From the IMG/VR virus record IMGVR_UViG_3300045988_068227, positions 1-15,098 of that record: 15,098 nt of DNA; one strand, written 5' to 3'. Below the pieces are notes generated by a model. The model did not search any database. It saw nothing but the letters and a program-made list of their open reading frames with translations, and had not been told where the DNA came from. The number at the start of each line of letters is the position of its first letter. Position 1 is the stretch's first letter. This document shows, piece after piece, positions 6,139 through 14,208 of this stretch. This DNA is from a virus. Made by a program: the position numbers and the translations under genes.

Positions 6139-6164
6139 ACAAACAAATCTATTTGTGTTATGAT
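6136..6164 (+). promoter_or_regulatory. Weaker sigmaA-like promoter upstream of the lysis genes
   Basis: TTTACA at 6136-6141, a 17-bp spacer ending in TGt, and TATGAT at 6159-6164. The predicted start at about 6171 would leave a very short leader before AAGGAGG, which lowers confidence. Confidence 0.4.
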
Positions 6165-6184
6165 AGAAAAAAGGAGGTGATATC

Positions 6185-6421
6185 ATGTCAAATGAAGTTA
6201 TCACATTAATTAATAGTTTAGGGCTTCCGACCGTGGTTGCATGTGCGTCCATGTGGTATGTAAAGTACAGAGAGGACAAAAATGACCAAAAAATTGAAAG
6301 AATGACGGAAGAACACAAGGAAGAAATGACAGATATTACGAACGCGCTGAACAATAACACATTAGCGTTACAACGTATCTGTGACATTTTTGATAGTAAG
6401 GAGGATATCAAACATGAGTAA
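6185..6421 (+). CDS. Holin-like protein (BhlA/UviB-like, single N-terminal TM)
   Basis: A 78-aa protein with an N-terminal hydrophobic helix (ITLINSLGLPTVVACASMWYV) followed by a charged coiled-coil-like tail. It overlaps the endolysin start by 8 nt. Confidence 0.6.
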   Translation: MSNEVITLINSLGLPTVVACASMWYVKYREDKNDQKIERMTEEHKEEMTDITNALNNNTLALQRICDIFDSKEDIKHE

Positions 6422-7400
6422 AAAAGCAGTTGACATTTCCTATCATAATGGGATTATTGATTTTGAACGATTAAAAAACGCTGTCGATTATGTGATTATT
6501 CGATGCGGATATGGACAGGATATGACATCACAAGACGATAAACAGTGGGCAAGAAATGTCAGTGAGTGCGAACGGTTGGGCATTCCATACGGAGTGTATT
6601 TTTATTCCTATGCAAAAACAACCGCTCGAATTGAGGGTGAAATTAATCACTGTCTTAGATTGTTACAAGGGCACACACCTAATCTACCTGTATTTTTCGA
6701 CAGCGAGGAAAAAGGAACACAGTCTGTAGCAAAGCATAACGCAAAGCGTTTTTGTGATGCTATGATTACACACGGGTATAAAGCTGGAATCTATGCTAGT
6801 AAATCATGGTACGAGAATTATATTGGTGAGACTTGGGGGTATGATTTATGGATTGCGCGGTATTCGAATGTGTTAGGTGTAGACAATGTAGACATTTGGC
6901 AGTATTCCAGTAATGGTCGAGTTAATGGCATTAATGGGAGATGTGATGTGAACCACGTTTATAAAGACTATGGAGCTTCAAATCCTGTACCCGATGTTCC
7001 ACAGAGTCCACCAACGCACGCAACCCCAAGAAATGAATTGATTGCCATGGGACAACAGCACGCCATTAATTTTACAGGGGTTCAAATTGCAGTTGACGGA
7101 ATTGTAGGAAGAAATACAAAAAGAATGGCAGTACGCGTGGTGCAACACGCTATGAACATGGATTACGGGCGCACAATAGCAGAGGACGGTCTTGTTGGTA
7201 AAAAGACAAGGGCGAAAGCTGGACGGCATTATGTAAGGCGAGGGGAAACACAGTACTTAGTCACAGCGCTTGAAATCTTATGTTTATTACAGGGAAAAAA
7301 TCCGAACGGTGTGGAACACCCGGGAACATTTGGAGGAGGACTGGCGCGCGCTTGTGGAATTGAAATCGTTTATGCGAAAGATATGTTATATATGATTTAG
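6414..7400 (+). CDS. Endolysin: GH25 muramidase with C-terminal peptidoglycan-binding repeats
   Basis: ATG 6414 lies 9 nt after GGAGG (6400-6404); the track's GTG 6381 start lacks an RBS. GH25 hallmarks: DISYHNG, YVIIRCGYG, GVYFYSYA, LWIARY, WQYSSNGRVNGI. The C-terminus has two DG(I/L)VG(R/K)xT units like PG_binding_1. Confidence 0.9.
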   Translation: MSKKAVDISYHNGIIDFERLKNAVDYVIIRCGYGQDMTSQDDKQWARNVSECERLGIPYGVYFYSYAKTTARIEGEINHCLRLLQGHTPNLPVFFDSEEKGTQSVAKHNAKRFCDAMITHGYKAGIYASKSWYENYIGETWGYDLWIARYSNVLGVDNVDIWQYSSNGRVNGINGRCDVNHVYKDYGASNPVPDVPQSPPTHATPRNELIAMGQQHAINFTGVQIAVDGIVGRNTKRMAVRVVQHAMNMDYGRTIAEDGLVGKKTRAKAGRHYVRRGETQYLVTALEILCLLQGKNPNGVEHPGTFGGGLARACGIEIVYAKDMLYMI

Positions 7401-7402
7401 TT

Positions 7403-7441
7403 ATTATTCACGTGGAACAAAAAATGTTTCACGTGAAACAT
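7403..7441. promoter_or_regulatory. Tandem palindromes: degenerate copy (7403-7420) plus perfect copy 5 (7424-7441)
   Basis: 7403-7420 reads ATTATTCACGTGGAACAA (4 mismatches, with the same TTCACGTGGA variant as 6097-6114). 7424-7441 is exact and ends 5 nt before GGAGG at 7447-7451. Confidence 0.85.
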
Positions 7442-7461
7442 TTTAAGGAGGTTAGTAAAAA

Positions 7462-8469
7462 ATGCCAAATATCAATGTAGCATATCAGTGGGCGGTCAAT
7501 GCGTGTAATGCACCCAATATTGGCTATTCACAGCAATATAGAAGAGGACAGACTGTGAACGGTATTACTTATTATGATTGTAGTTCTTTTATTTCGAAAG
7601 CATTAACGGAAGCGGGATTTTTCTCGGTGAACCCATGGTTCACCACAAGGACAGAAGAGGGATACTTATTACAAGCTGGATTCAAAGAAATTAACATTAA
7701 TGAAGCGTGGCAAGCTGGGGACATCGTGTGGCGTAGTGGACATACTGAGATGGTTTATCAAGGAGCTGGTGTGGGAAATGGAGGGGTTACCATGGGCGCG
7801 CATAGTGGACGTTATCCATTACCCGAACAAGTAAGCATCAACTCTCATGTGTCAAAACCGTCCGCATGGACAAAGATATACCGCTATGGTGATAGTGCTG
7901 GAATGACCCTCGAATGGATTCATGGAAACCGATATCTGACAGATGACGAAATGAAAAATAACGCATATGTATTTTATAGTACAATGTTTTTCAAAGATTT
8001 TACGCTCAATGCAATTGCTGGAATGTTAGGAAATATGGAGATAGAATCTAACATTAATCCCGAACTATGGCAGTCTCTAAAAGAGGGGAATTATAATGGG
8101 GGTTACGGTTTAGTTCAATGGACACCAGCCACAGTCTACACAGAATGGGCGAACGCTCACGGGTACGATATCACAGACGGCTACTATCAGTGTGTTTGGC
8201 TCGATGAAGAAACCGTAAGCAGTGGACAATGGATAGAGACTACGAAATATCCGATATCATGGGAAGAGTTCCGAAAGTCTACAAAAGAGCCAGATTATCT
8301 AGCGTCTGCATTTTTAAAGAATTTTGAGCGTGCAGGAGTGGAAAAAGAAGAGGAGCGTAAAAAGAACGCACTAAAATGGTATGCATATTTGCAGAAGTTA
8401 TCACCGTACCCAATCCACCCACATACACGAAAAACAAAAATGCCACTTTACTTTTTCTTGCCGTGGTGA
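7462..8469 (+). CDS. Virion (tail)-associated peptidoglycan hydrolase: NlpC/P60-like cysteine peptidase plus phage tail lysozyme domain
   Basis: The N-terminal half carries a papain-like signature (YYDCSSFIS ... GDIVWRSGHTEMVY). The C-terminal half has AGMLGNMEIESNINP ... GGYGLVQWTP, typical of the phage tail lysozyme family. This is a functional analogue of phi29 gp13. Confidence 0.8.
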   Translation: MPNINVAYQWAVNACNAPNIGYSQQYRRGQTVNGITYYDCSSFISKALTEAGFFSVNPWFTTRTEEGYLLQAGFKEININEAWQAGDIVWRSGHTEMVYQGAGVGNGGVTMGAHSGRYPLPEQVSINSHVSKPSAWTKIYRYGDSAGMTLEWIHGNRYLTDDEMKNNAYVFYSTMFFKDFTLNAIAGMLGNMEIESNINPELWQSLKEGNYNGGYGLVQWTPATVYTEWANAHGYDITDGYYQCVWLDEETVSSGQWIETTKYPISWEEFRKSTKEPDYLASAFLKNFERAGVEKEEERKKNALKWYAYLQKLSPYPIHPHTRKTKMPLYFFLPW

Positions 8470-8475
8470 TATAAT
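8447..8475 (+). promoter_or_regulatory. Possible promoter for the structural operon
   Basis: TTTACT at 8447-8452, a 17-bp spacer, and a perfect extended -10, TGaTATAAT, at 8467-8475. It overlaps the stop codon of the tail-lysin gene. Confidence 0.45.
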
Positions 8476-8520
8476 AAATTCTGTAAAAGGGTGACACTAA
8501 ATAAAGGAGGTAAATATTGT

Positions 8521-8802
8521 ATGAATTTTAAAGAAGCTTTAAACGAATTAATTGATGCCGTTGCAGACGTAGAGGAACATGGAGACGCTATTGAAGTTTT
8601 ACAAAACTACGAGAGCGAAAGAAGTGGAGAAACTGACAGCGAATGGAAAGATAAGTATACCAAACTCGAAGCCGAGTACAAAAAACGCTTTAAAGAGCGT
8701 ATGAAAGAGTCAGCCACTAACGCAGACAGCGAAGAAAAGAAAGATGAAAAAGAAGAAAAAATTACCGTCGAAGATTTAGACTTTGACGGTAAGACAGAAT
8801 AA
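8521..8802 (+). CDS. Scaffolding protein (phi29 gp7-like)
   Basis: ATG 8521 lies 10 nt after GGAGG (8506-8510); the track's GTG 8491 start is unlikely. A small, acidic, helical protein directly upstream of the capsid gene. Its C-terminal EKITVEDLDF resembles the ETITIEDLEAK I remember from gp7. Confidence 0.75.
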   Translation: MNFKEALNELIDAVADVEEHGDAIEVLQNYESERSGETDSEWKDKYTKLEAEYKKRFKERMKESATNADSEEKKDEKEEKITVEDLDFDGKTE

Positions 8803-8815
8803 GGAGGTATGAAAA

Positions 8816-10087
8816 ATGGCAGAAGCAACAAACGCGAATATATTAAAAGCGGTTACACAGGAACTTTCTTTTGAGGTTCAGAATCATTTACCAACAGAGG
8901 TATCAGACAATTTACAGGCAGTGTATGATAACATTTTAAATTATGCGCCTGTAAGAAATGAAATCGTGCCGTCATTAATCAATCGTATCGGTATGCAGAC
9001 GGTGGACAGTATCGCGTGGAGAAATCCGTTAGCACGATTTAAGAAAGAGCCAATGCGTTATGGCGAGACACACGAGGAAACTTATATAAATATGTGCAAG
9101 GGACGTGTATATGATTCACAAGCAGATTTTAAATTTGCTTTTCAGCAGTATCAGTCCTATATCATGAGCGTGTTCCACAATGTCAATCTTGAAATTCAGT
9201 ACCCAGTCACGGTTACATATGACAATCTGAGAAAAGCTTTTACCAGTGAGTATGGCATTCGTGACATGATTATGGCAAAAATGGAGAGCGCTATCACAGG
9301 GGCGAACTGGGACGAATACCTTGCTATGCGTGATTTGATTAATGTCGGGTATGAAAAAGAGGTGCTTCCGGCAGTGACTGTTGACGCGATTGTAGATGAA
9401 GCATCAGCGAAAAAGTTATTGATTGAGGTCAAAAGAGCTGTTAAAGAATTTGGCTTCCCATTACCAGAAAATAACCCAGCAGGCGCAACTTCTCATGCTA
9501 TGCCAGCAAGTCTGGTTTGGATTACTACGCCAGAAGTAAATGCTCAGATTAGTGTTGACGCTTTAGCTTACGCATTTCACATGGACAAAGCAGACGTGGA
9601 GGTTCAGACGGTCATTGTAGACAAATTTGCGAATAGCGCTATTCAAGGCGTACTATGTGACGTTCGTTTCTTCAACGTGCGCGACCAGTTCAAAGAAATG
9701 AGCGACCAAAGACTTGCGAATGTATTATCTTGGAATTATTTCTATACACAGGTGGAAATGATTAGTGCTAGTCCGTTCTATCCAATCCGTGTATTTACGA
9801 CCGACACAGTTGTTGAAGCACCGACACTGAGCGTCACAGCAGGGACTTACACAGCTGGACAGACACAGGAAGTAGAGGTTACTGTGACAGGTGGTACAGG
9901 CACATATCATCAGAATTTAGTCACTCTTGAAGTAGAAAGCGGTGCTACTTCCGCGAAAACATACGTCATTCCGGGAACGCATCTGTTACACACAGGAGCG
10001 GACGAGACAGGAACTATCGTATTAAAAGCAATTTACAGACCAAACGAGACTATCACAAAGACAGCAAGTTTCACAAAATCGTTGTAA
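8816..10087 (+). CDS. Major capsid protein (phi29 gp8-like) with C-terminal Ig-like domain
   Basis: Colinear with remembered gp8: SLINRIGMQTV..NPLARFKKEP vs SLVDRIGLVVI..NPLKKFKKGQ, VDALAYAFHMDKAD vs VDVLAKAFNMNRTD, and WNYFY vs WNYYY. The C-terminal T/G/V-rich beta segment (SVTAGTYTAGQTQEVEVTVTGG) is BIG2-like. Confidence 0.9.
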   Translation: MAEATNANILKAVTQELSFEVQNHLPTEVSDNLQAVYDNILNYAPVRNEIVPSLINRIGMQTVDSIAWRNPLARFKKEPMRYGETHEETYINMCKGRVYDSQADFKFAFQQYQSYIMSVFHNVNLEIQYPVTVTYDNLRKAFTSEYGIRDMIMAKMESAITGANWDEYLAMRDLINVGYEKEVLPAVTVDAIVDEASAKKLLIEVKRAVKEFGFPLPENNPAGATSHAMPASLVWITTPEVNAQISVDALAYAFHMDKADVEVQTVIVDKFANSAIQGVLCDVRFFNVRDQFKEMSDQRLANVLSWNYFYTQVEMISASPFYPIRVFTTDTVVEAPTLSVTAGTYTAGQTQEVEVTVTGGTGTYHQNLVTLEVESGATSAKTYVIPGTHLLHTGADETGTIVLKAIYRPNETITKTASFTKSL

Positions 10088-10106
10088 TTAACGGAGGTAG
10101 TTATCT

Positions 10107-11723
10107 ATGATAAATTTACCTGTTCAAGGAGGGGTTGCACCACGCGACCCCGAAACAAAATTGAGATTGTATAGTGGAGTACCATGGTCTGACGAGTATG
10201 AACACGTTAGATTATACCAGTCAAAAGAAGATTTGCTAAATCATTTAGAGTTATATCGTAAACATATCAATTGTGTTGACTTGTCACATCTTGCGCCTAT
10301 AAAGCTAGGGGATTATGATATTCGCGTACCATTCACAGAAATGAAAGCACTTAATCTCAATTATTTAGCTTTTCAGAATAGTGGTATTTCTAATGAGTGG
10401 GTGTTTTGCTTTATTAATTCGATTGAGTGGCTCTCTGAAAAAACAACTAGAATTAACTTTTCCTTAGACGTTTTTCAAAATAACTTTTACGATGCAAATA
10501 TCAAACCTTGCTTTGTAGAGTATCATCATATCCCTAGAAGTGCCGACGCAATAGGAGAAAATCTAACACCTGTCAACCTAGAAACAGGCGAAACGATTGT
10601 ATCACGTCACAAAAAATTAGACTTAACACCAACGGAGTGTTGCGCTTTTGTAACACGAGGAACAACAGAGCAAAGTTGGTTTGAGGGTCGCGTTGAAAAT
10701 GGCGTTTATTGTTGGGGTAGTATCGGACATTATGATGTAACTACAGAAGATGGTCTAAAAGGGATTAACACTTTGTTGGAAGATTATAACAATCAAGGTG
10801 CACAAGACGCTGTTATAGGATTATTCATGTCCCCAAAATTATGTACACTTGCTTTAGGTGGAAAAGAAATAAAGCCTAAAATAACAAGTATGCAGATATC
10901 TGACAATGTATTTGAGGGATATAAGCCAAAAAATAAAAAGTTATATTCTTATCCATGGTTATACTGTTTGGCTGACAACAATCAAGGCAATACACATATA
11001 TATAGATATGAGTACAGTTACAACCGTGATAAGTCTCTTGAGTTTGACAGCTACGGTACAATTGCAACGCTACCGCAAGTCTTGACAGCACCGAAAAATT
11101 ATAAGACTCGCGAAGAGTTAGGGCATGGACTAATGAGCGAAGCACTTATTAATGCCTCTTTTCCGATGTGTTCTTTTTCTTCCGATACTTATAGGGCGTG
11201 GCTTGCTCAAAATAAAAGTTCTATCGCTCTATCTCAAGTTCATACCGCTGTCGATGCCACTCTAGGAACAGGTACGGCAATAGCTGGATTGGCTGGTGGA
11301 AGTTTACAGGGAGGTCTTAACGGTCTAGGCAAAACGACGAACGCTTTTTGGGACGCTCTTGGAATGTTAGCTAATCAGACAGACAGGGCAAGAAATTCAG
11401 GAGTAACACATGGAAAAGCGTTATCAGAAAATGTATTGACAGGAATAAAAGAGTGTGGCGTTGATTTCTATGAAATGTCATGTAAAAGACAATTTGCAGA
11501 AATGGCTGATAGCTTTTTCGAGCAATTTGGATATCCGATAAACAAAATCACAACACCGTATTTGCGTTCTCGAAATTACTGGAACTATGTAAAAACTTCA
11601 CATTGTGGCTTCACAGGTACAATTGATTTAGACCAGTTAAAAAAATTGAGAAATATATTTGACAACGGTGTAACTTTGTGGCATACTGACGACATAGGGA
11701 ATTATGGTTTATCAAACGACTAA
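10107..11723 (+). CDS. Tail knob / distal tube protein (phi29 gp9-like)
   Basis: YLAFQNSGISNEWVFCFINSIEWLSEKTTRINFSLDVFQNNFYD aligns with the remembered gp9 block [44 protein letters not shown]. The position between the capsid and portal genes also fits. Confidence 0.85.
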   Translation: MINLPVQGGVAPRDPETKLRLYSGVPWSDEYEHVRLYQSKEDLLNHLELYRKHINCVDLSHLAPIKLGDYDIRVPFTEMKALNLNYLAFQNSGISNEWVFCFINSIEWLSEKTTRINFSLDVFQNNFYDANIKPCFVEYHHIPRSADAIGENLTPVNLETGETIVSRHKKLDLTPTECCAFVTRGTTEQSWFEGRVENGVYCWGSIGHYDVTTEDGLKGINTLLEDYNNQGAQDAVIGLFMSPKLCTLALGGKEIKPKITSMQISDNVFEGYKPKNKKLYSYPWLYCLADNNQGNTHIYRYEYSYNRDKSLEFDSYGTIATLPQVLTAPKNYKTREELGHGLMSEALINASFPMCSFSSDTYRAWLAQNKSSIALSQVHTAVDATLGTGTAIAGLAGGSLQGGLNGLGKTTNAFWDALGMLANQTDRARNSGVTHGKALSENVLTGIKECGVDFYEMSCKRQFAEMADSFFEQFGYPINKITTPYLRSRNYWNYVKTSHCGFTGTIDLDQLKKLRNIFDNGVTLWHTDDIGNYGLSND

Positions 11724-11736
11724 AGGAGGTGTATAA

Positions 11737-12636
11737 ATGCGAAACCCATTAAGAGTTTTTGAGAGAAATATCAATAAAAATAAAAAAGATGATTTTGAAA
11801 TCATTAAATCTATCTTTTTTTATGATATATTTGATATATTTGTAAACAGGTATCAATGGCATAATCTACCCAAAGAAATTTTACCGATGTATATAGAACA
11901 AACTCTATTTTGGCACGGTTTGGGTGTATTCATCAAAGATGATATCGCTGGGTACGCTTTTATGAAAGTCGTATTATCAGGTTTGCCCGATATTTACAAT
12001 ATACCTAAAGATAGAATTGCTTATACAGCAAATGGATATATTGAAGAGTACGGCAAAGAAAACAGCTGTATTTTATGGAATAACTACTCGACTATGCCGT
12101 ATTACTATAAAGCGTTAATGTATGCAGATGCTATGGCGAACACTTGGAAAACAAAAGACATTAATATGTATGCACAGCGTACACCTGTTGCACTTTCTTC
12201 ATCAGACAACGAAAAACTGAGCTTTGAAGTTGTAGGCGAAGAGTACGATAACTATTTACCTATTATAAAGCTGTCCGATTCATTAAACTTAAAAGATATT
12301 AAAGCTTTGAACATGGGCGCACCTTACATCGTTGATAAATGTGAACAAGAATTAAGAGATTTATGGTCACAGGTATTAACATCTTTAGGATATGAAAGCA
12401 ACCCTGTAGAAAAAGGTGAACGTCTCGTGACAGGTGAAACGGCTGGAAATAACGGACAGGTTGAAGCAAATCGAAATGTTGGTCTGACATTACGGAGAAG
12501 ATGTGCAAATGCTATAAATAAATTATGGGGTCTTAATGTAACGGTAGACTTCAATAGTGAACTGCCTACTATGCTAAATGGTTATGTACCCGACAAGTAT
12601 ATGCAAAAAGGGAAAGAGGGTGACGAGATTGAGTAA
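11737..12636 (+). CDS. Portal / upper collar (connector) protein (phi29 gp10-like)
   Basis: WHNLPKEI, AQRTPVAL, GAPYIVDK, EKGERLVTGE and INKLWGLNVTVDF match the gp10 blocks WENLPPTI, AQKTPVLI, DAPYVVDK, EKKERMVTDE and INELYGLNVKVKF. Confidence 0.9.
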   Translation: MRNPLRVFERNINKNKKDDFEIIKSIFFYDIFDIFVNRYQWHNLPKEILPMYIEQTLFWHGLGVFIKDDIAGYAFMKVVLSGLPDIYNIPKDRIAYTANGYIEEYGKENSCILWNNYSTMPYYYKALMYADAMANTWKTKDINMYAQRTPVALSSSDNEKLSFEVVGEEYDNYLPIIKLSDSLNLKDIKALNMGAPYIVDKCEQELRDLWSQVLTSLGYESNPVEKGERLVTGETAGNNGQVEANRNVGLTLRRRCANAINKLWGLNVTVDFNSELPTMLNGYVPDKYMQKGKEGDEIE

Positions 12637-13330
12637 ATACACAACAACAGTTAAAAAAATTTGTGAAAGCTTTATCCCATCCCAAGAATTATGGAGCATG
12701 GACTTATCCGTGCAAAGAACTATAGATAAAACACAAGACAAATTTTTTGACTTTGATTTTCCGTTTTATTCTGAGGACAGAAAAGATTTATATACTTTTA
12801 AGACATACTTTTTACTTAGGTATTGGAATAATTATATTGGCTTTGAAACTCTAGGAATGTGGAAAACTGCTTTCATGGCAAAAATGCATGAATTAATGCC
12901 ATATTATACTAAATTGTATGATGCAATTCAAAATGATAACCCTTTTACAAATGTAAATATAACAACCACAGAAGCAGAAAAAGGAAACGAAAAAACAACG
13001 ACTAAAGCAACAGATTCAGGAGACAGCGAGGTAAAAAACAATCAAAACTATGAAAATATTGACAGCGACAACCCACAAGTTACCGTAGCAACACAAGACT
13101 ATGCTAGCGCTATGAGCAGAGGCGAAACTGTCAATAACACGACTACAAATGCAAAAAATGAACACACAGGAAACGATAACAAAGACAGTAAAAGAGACAG
13201 AGACACGAAAGAGATAGGATTAAGAGGAAAATCAACGAGTGAAGCAATCGAAGAATACCGAGAGCAAATACAGAATATCAATCAAGAACTTGTAGAAGCT
13301 TGCCGAGATTTGTTTCTAAAAGTTTGGTGA
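12629..13330 (+). CDS. Lower collar protein (phi29 gp11-like position)
   Basis: The gene immediately follows the portal gene. The block FDFDFPFYSEDRKDLYTFKTYFLLRYWNNYIGFETLGMWK..LMPYYTKLY resembles lower-collar proteins of small podophages. Start is uncertain: TTG 12629 (GAGGG 8 nt upstream), GTG 12620, or ATG 12578 (59-nt overlap with the portal gene). Confidence 0.65.
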   Translation: MSKYTTTVKKICESFIPSQELWSMDLSVQRTIDKTQDKFFDFDFPFYSEDRKDLYTFKTYFLLRYWNNYIGFETLGMWKTAFMAKMHELMPYYTKLYDAIQNDNPFTNVNITTTEAEKGNEKTTTKATDSGDSEVKNNQNYENIDSDNPQVTVATQDYASAMSRGETVNNTTTNAKNEHTGNDNKDSKRDRDTKEIGLRGKSTSEAIEEYREQIQNINQELVEACRDLFLKVW

Positions 13331-13346
13331 TAAGGAGGTGAAATGC

Positions 13347-14186
13347 ATGACAGAAGAATTAAAGCCTGTAGTTCCTTTACTTTGTTGCGATATCCCTAGT
13401 GTATATAGTAATAAACAGAGTTATTATGAATGCTTGTGCTATATAGGATATAAAGTCAATGAATGTATTGACGCAATCAACGGGTTCACAGATGCATATA
13501 AACAGTACACCGACGAAAAAGTTTCAGAGTTGAAAACGTATATTGACGGACTTAACCGTGATATCTACAACCATATCACGGAAGTTGAAACAAATATCCG
13601 TCATGATATGGACACTAGGGATAATGAGCTTGACGAAAAAATCAATAAAGTACAGACAAATTTACTTGATAAAATCAGTACGTTAAACATTCTGATTTAT
13701 GACCTAAACGCTGAGACAAGAGCGCATATTGACACAGAGGTTAAAAAACTCTATGATTATATCAATGACTATGTGCCAAACAACATGGAGTTGTTAAACC
13801 CTGTAAGAGGATATCGAACGAGTCTGAACCAAGCACTAGCAGATATGTACGACAATCTACGCTATTATGCTTTGACTTGTAACGAGTTTGATTCATTAAA
13901 TTTAAGTTGTACAGAATTTGATGGGTTATCAATTAACTGTACAGAATTTGATTTGTACGGTGCAAAAAGATTCAGAGTAGATAGCAACTTATATATGCAT
14001 GACCCATTTACAGGAGAGTATGTTTTTTATCAAGATGTAATTTACAAACTTGCAGAGTTGCATTTCGATAACCCAATTACAGCTAGCGAGTTTGACGCTT
14101 TATTATTGACGGTAACAGCATTCCAGTCTAAAGCCTTAAGCGCTTACACATTTGACAGTAACGCAAAAACGGCGTTAAAATTATAA
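13347..14186 (+). CDS. Tail fibre / appendage protein with coiled coil and decapeptide xEFD repeats
   Basis: ATG 13347 lies 8 nt after GGAGG (13334-13338). The N-terminal SYYECLCYIGYKVNECIDAIN motif is common at the N-termini of Firmicute phage tail proteins. A central heptad-rich region is followed by repeated (T/S)(C/A)xEFD units. Confidence 0.6.
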   Translation: MTEELKPVVPLLCCDIPSVYSNKQSYYECLCYIGYKVNECIDAINGFTDAYKQYTDEKVSELKTYIDGLNRDIYNHITEVETNIRHDMDTRDNELDEKINKVQTNLLDKISTLNILIYDLNAETRAHIDTEVKKLYDYINDYVPNNMELLNPVRGYRTSLNQALADMYDNLRYYALTCNEFDSLNLSCTEFDGLSINCTEFDLYGAKRFRVDSNLYMHDPFTGEYVFYQDVIYKLAELHFDNPITASEFDALLLTVTAFQSKALSAYTFDSNAKTALKL

Positions 14187-14208
14187 ATTAAAGGAGGATT
14201 TAAAAACT

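Noticed and set aside
10276-10303. TTGACT, a 16-bp spacer and TATAAA inside the tail-knob gene
   Set aside because: It lies within coding sequence, has no TG extension and a weak -10, and no downstream gene start needs it.
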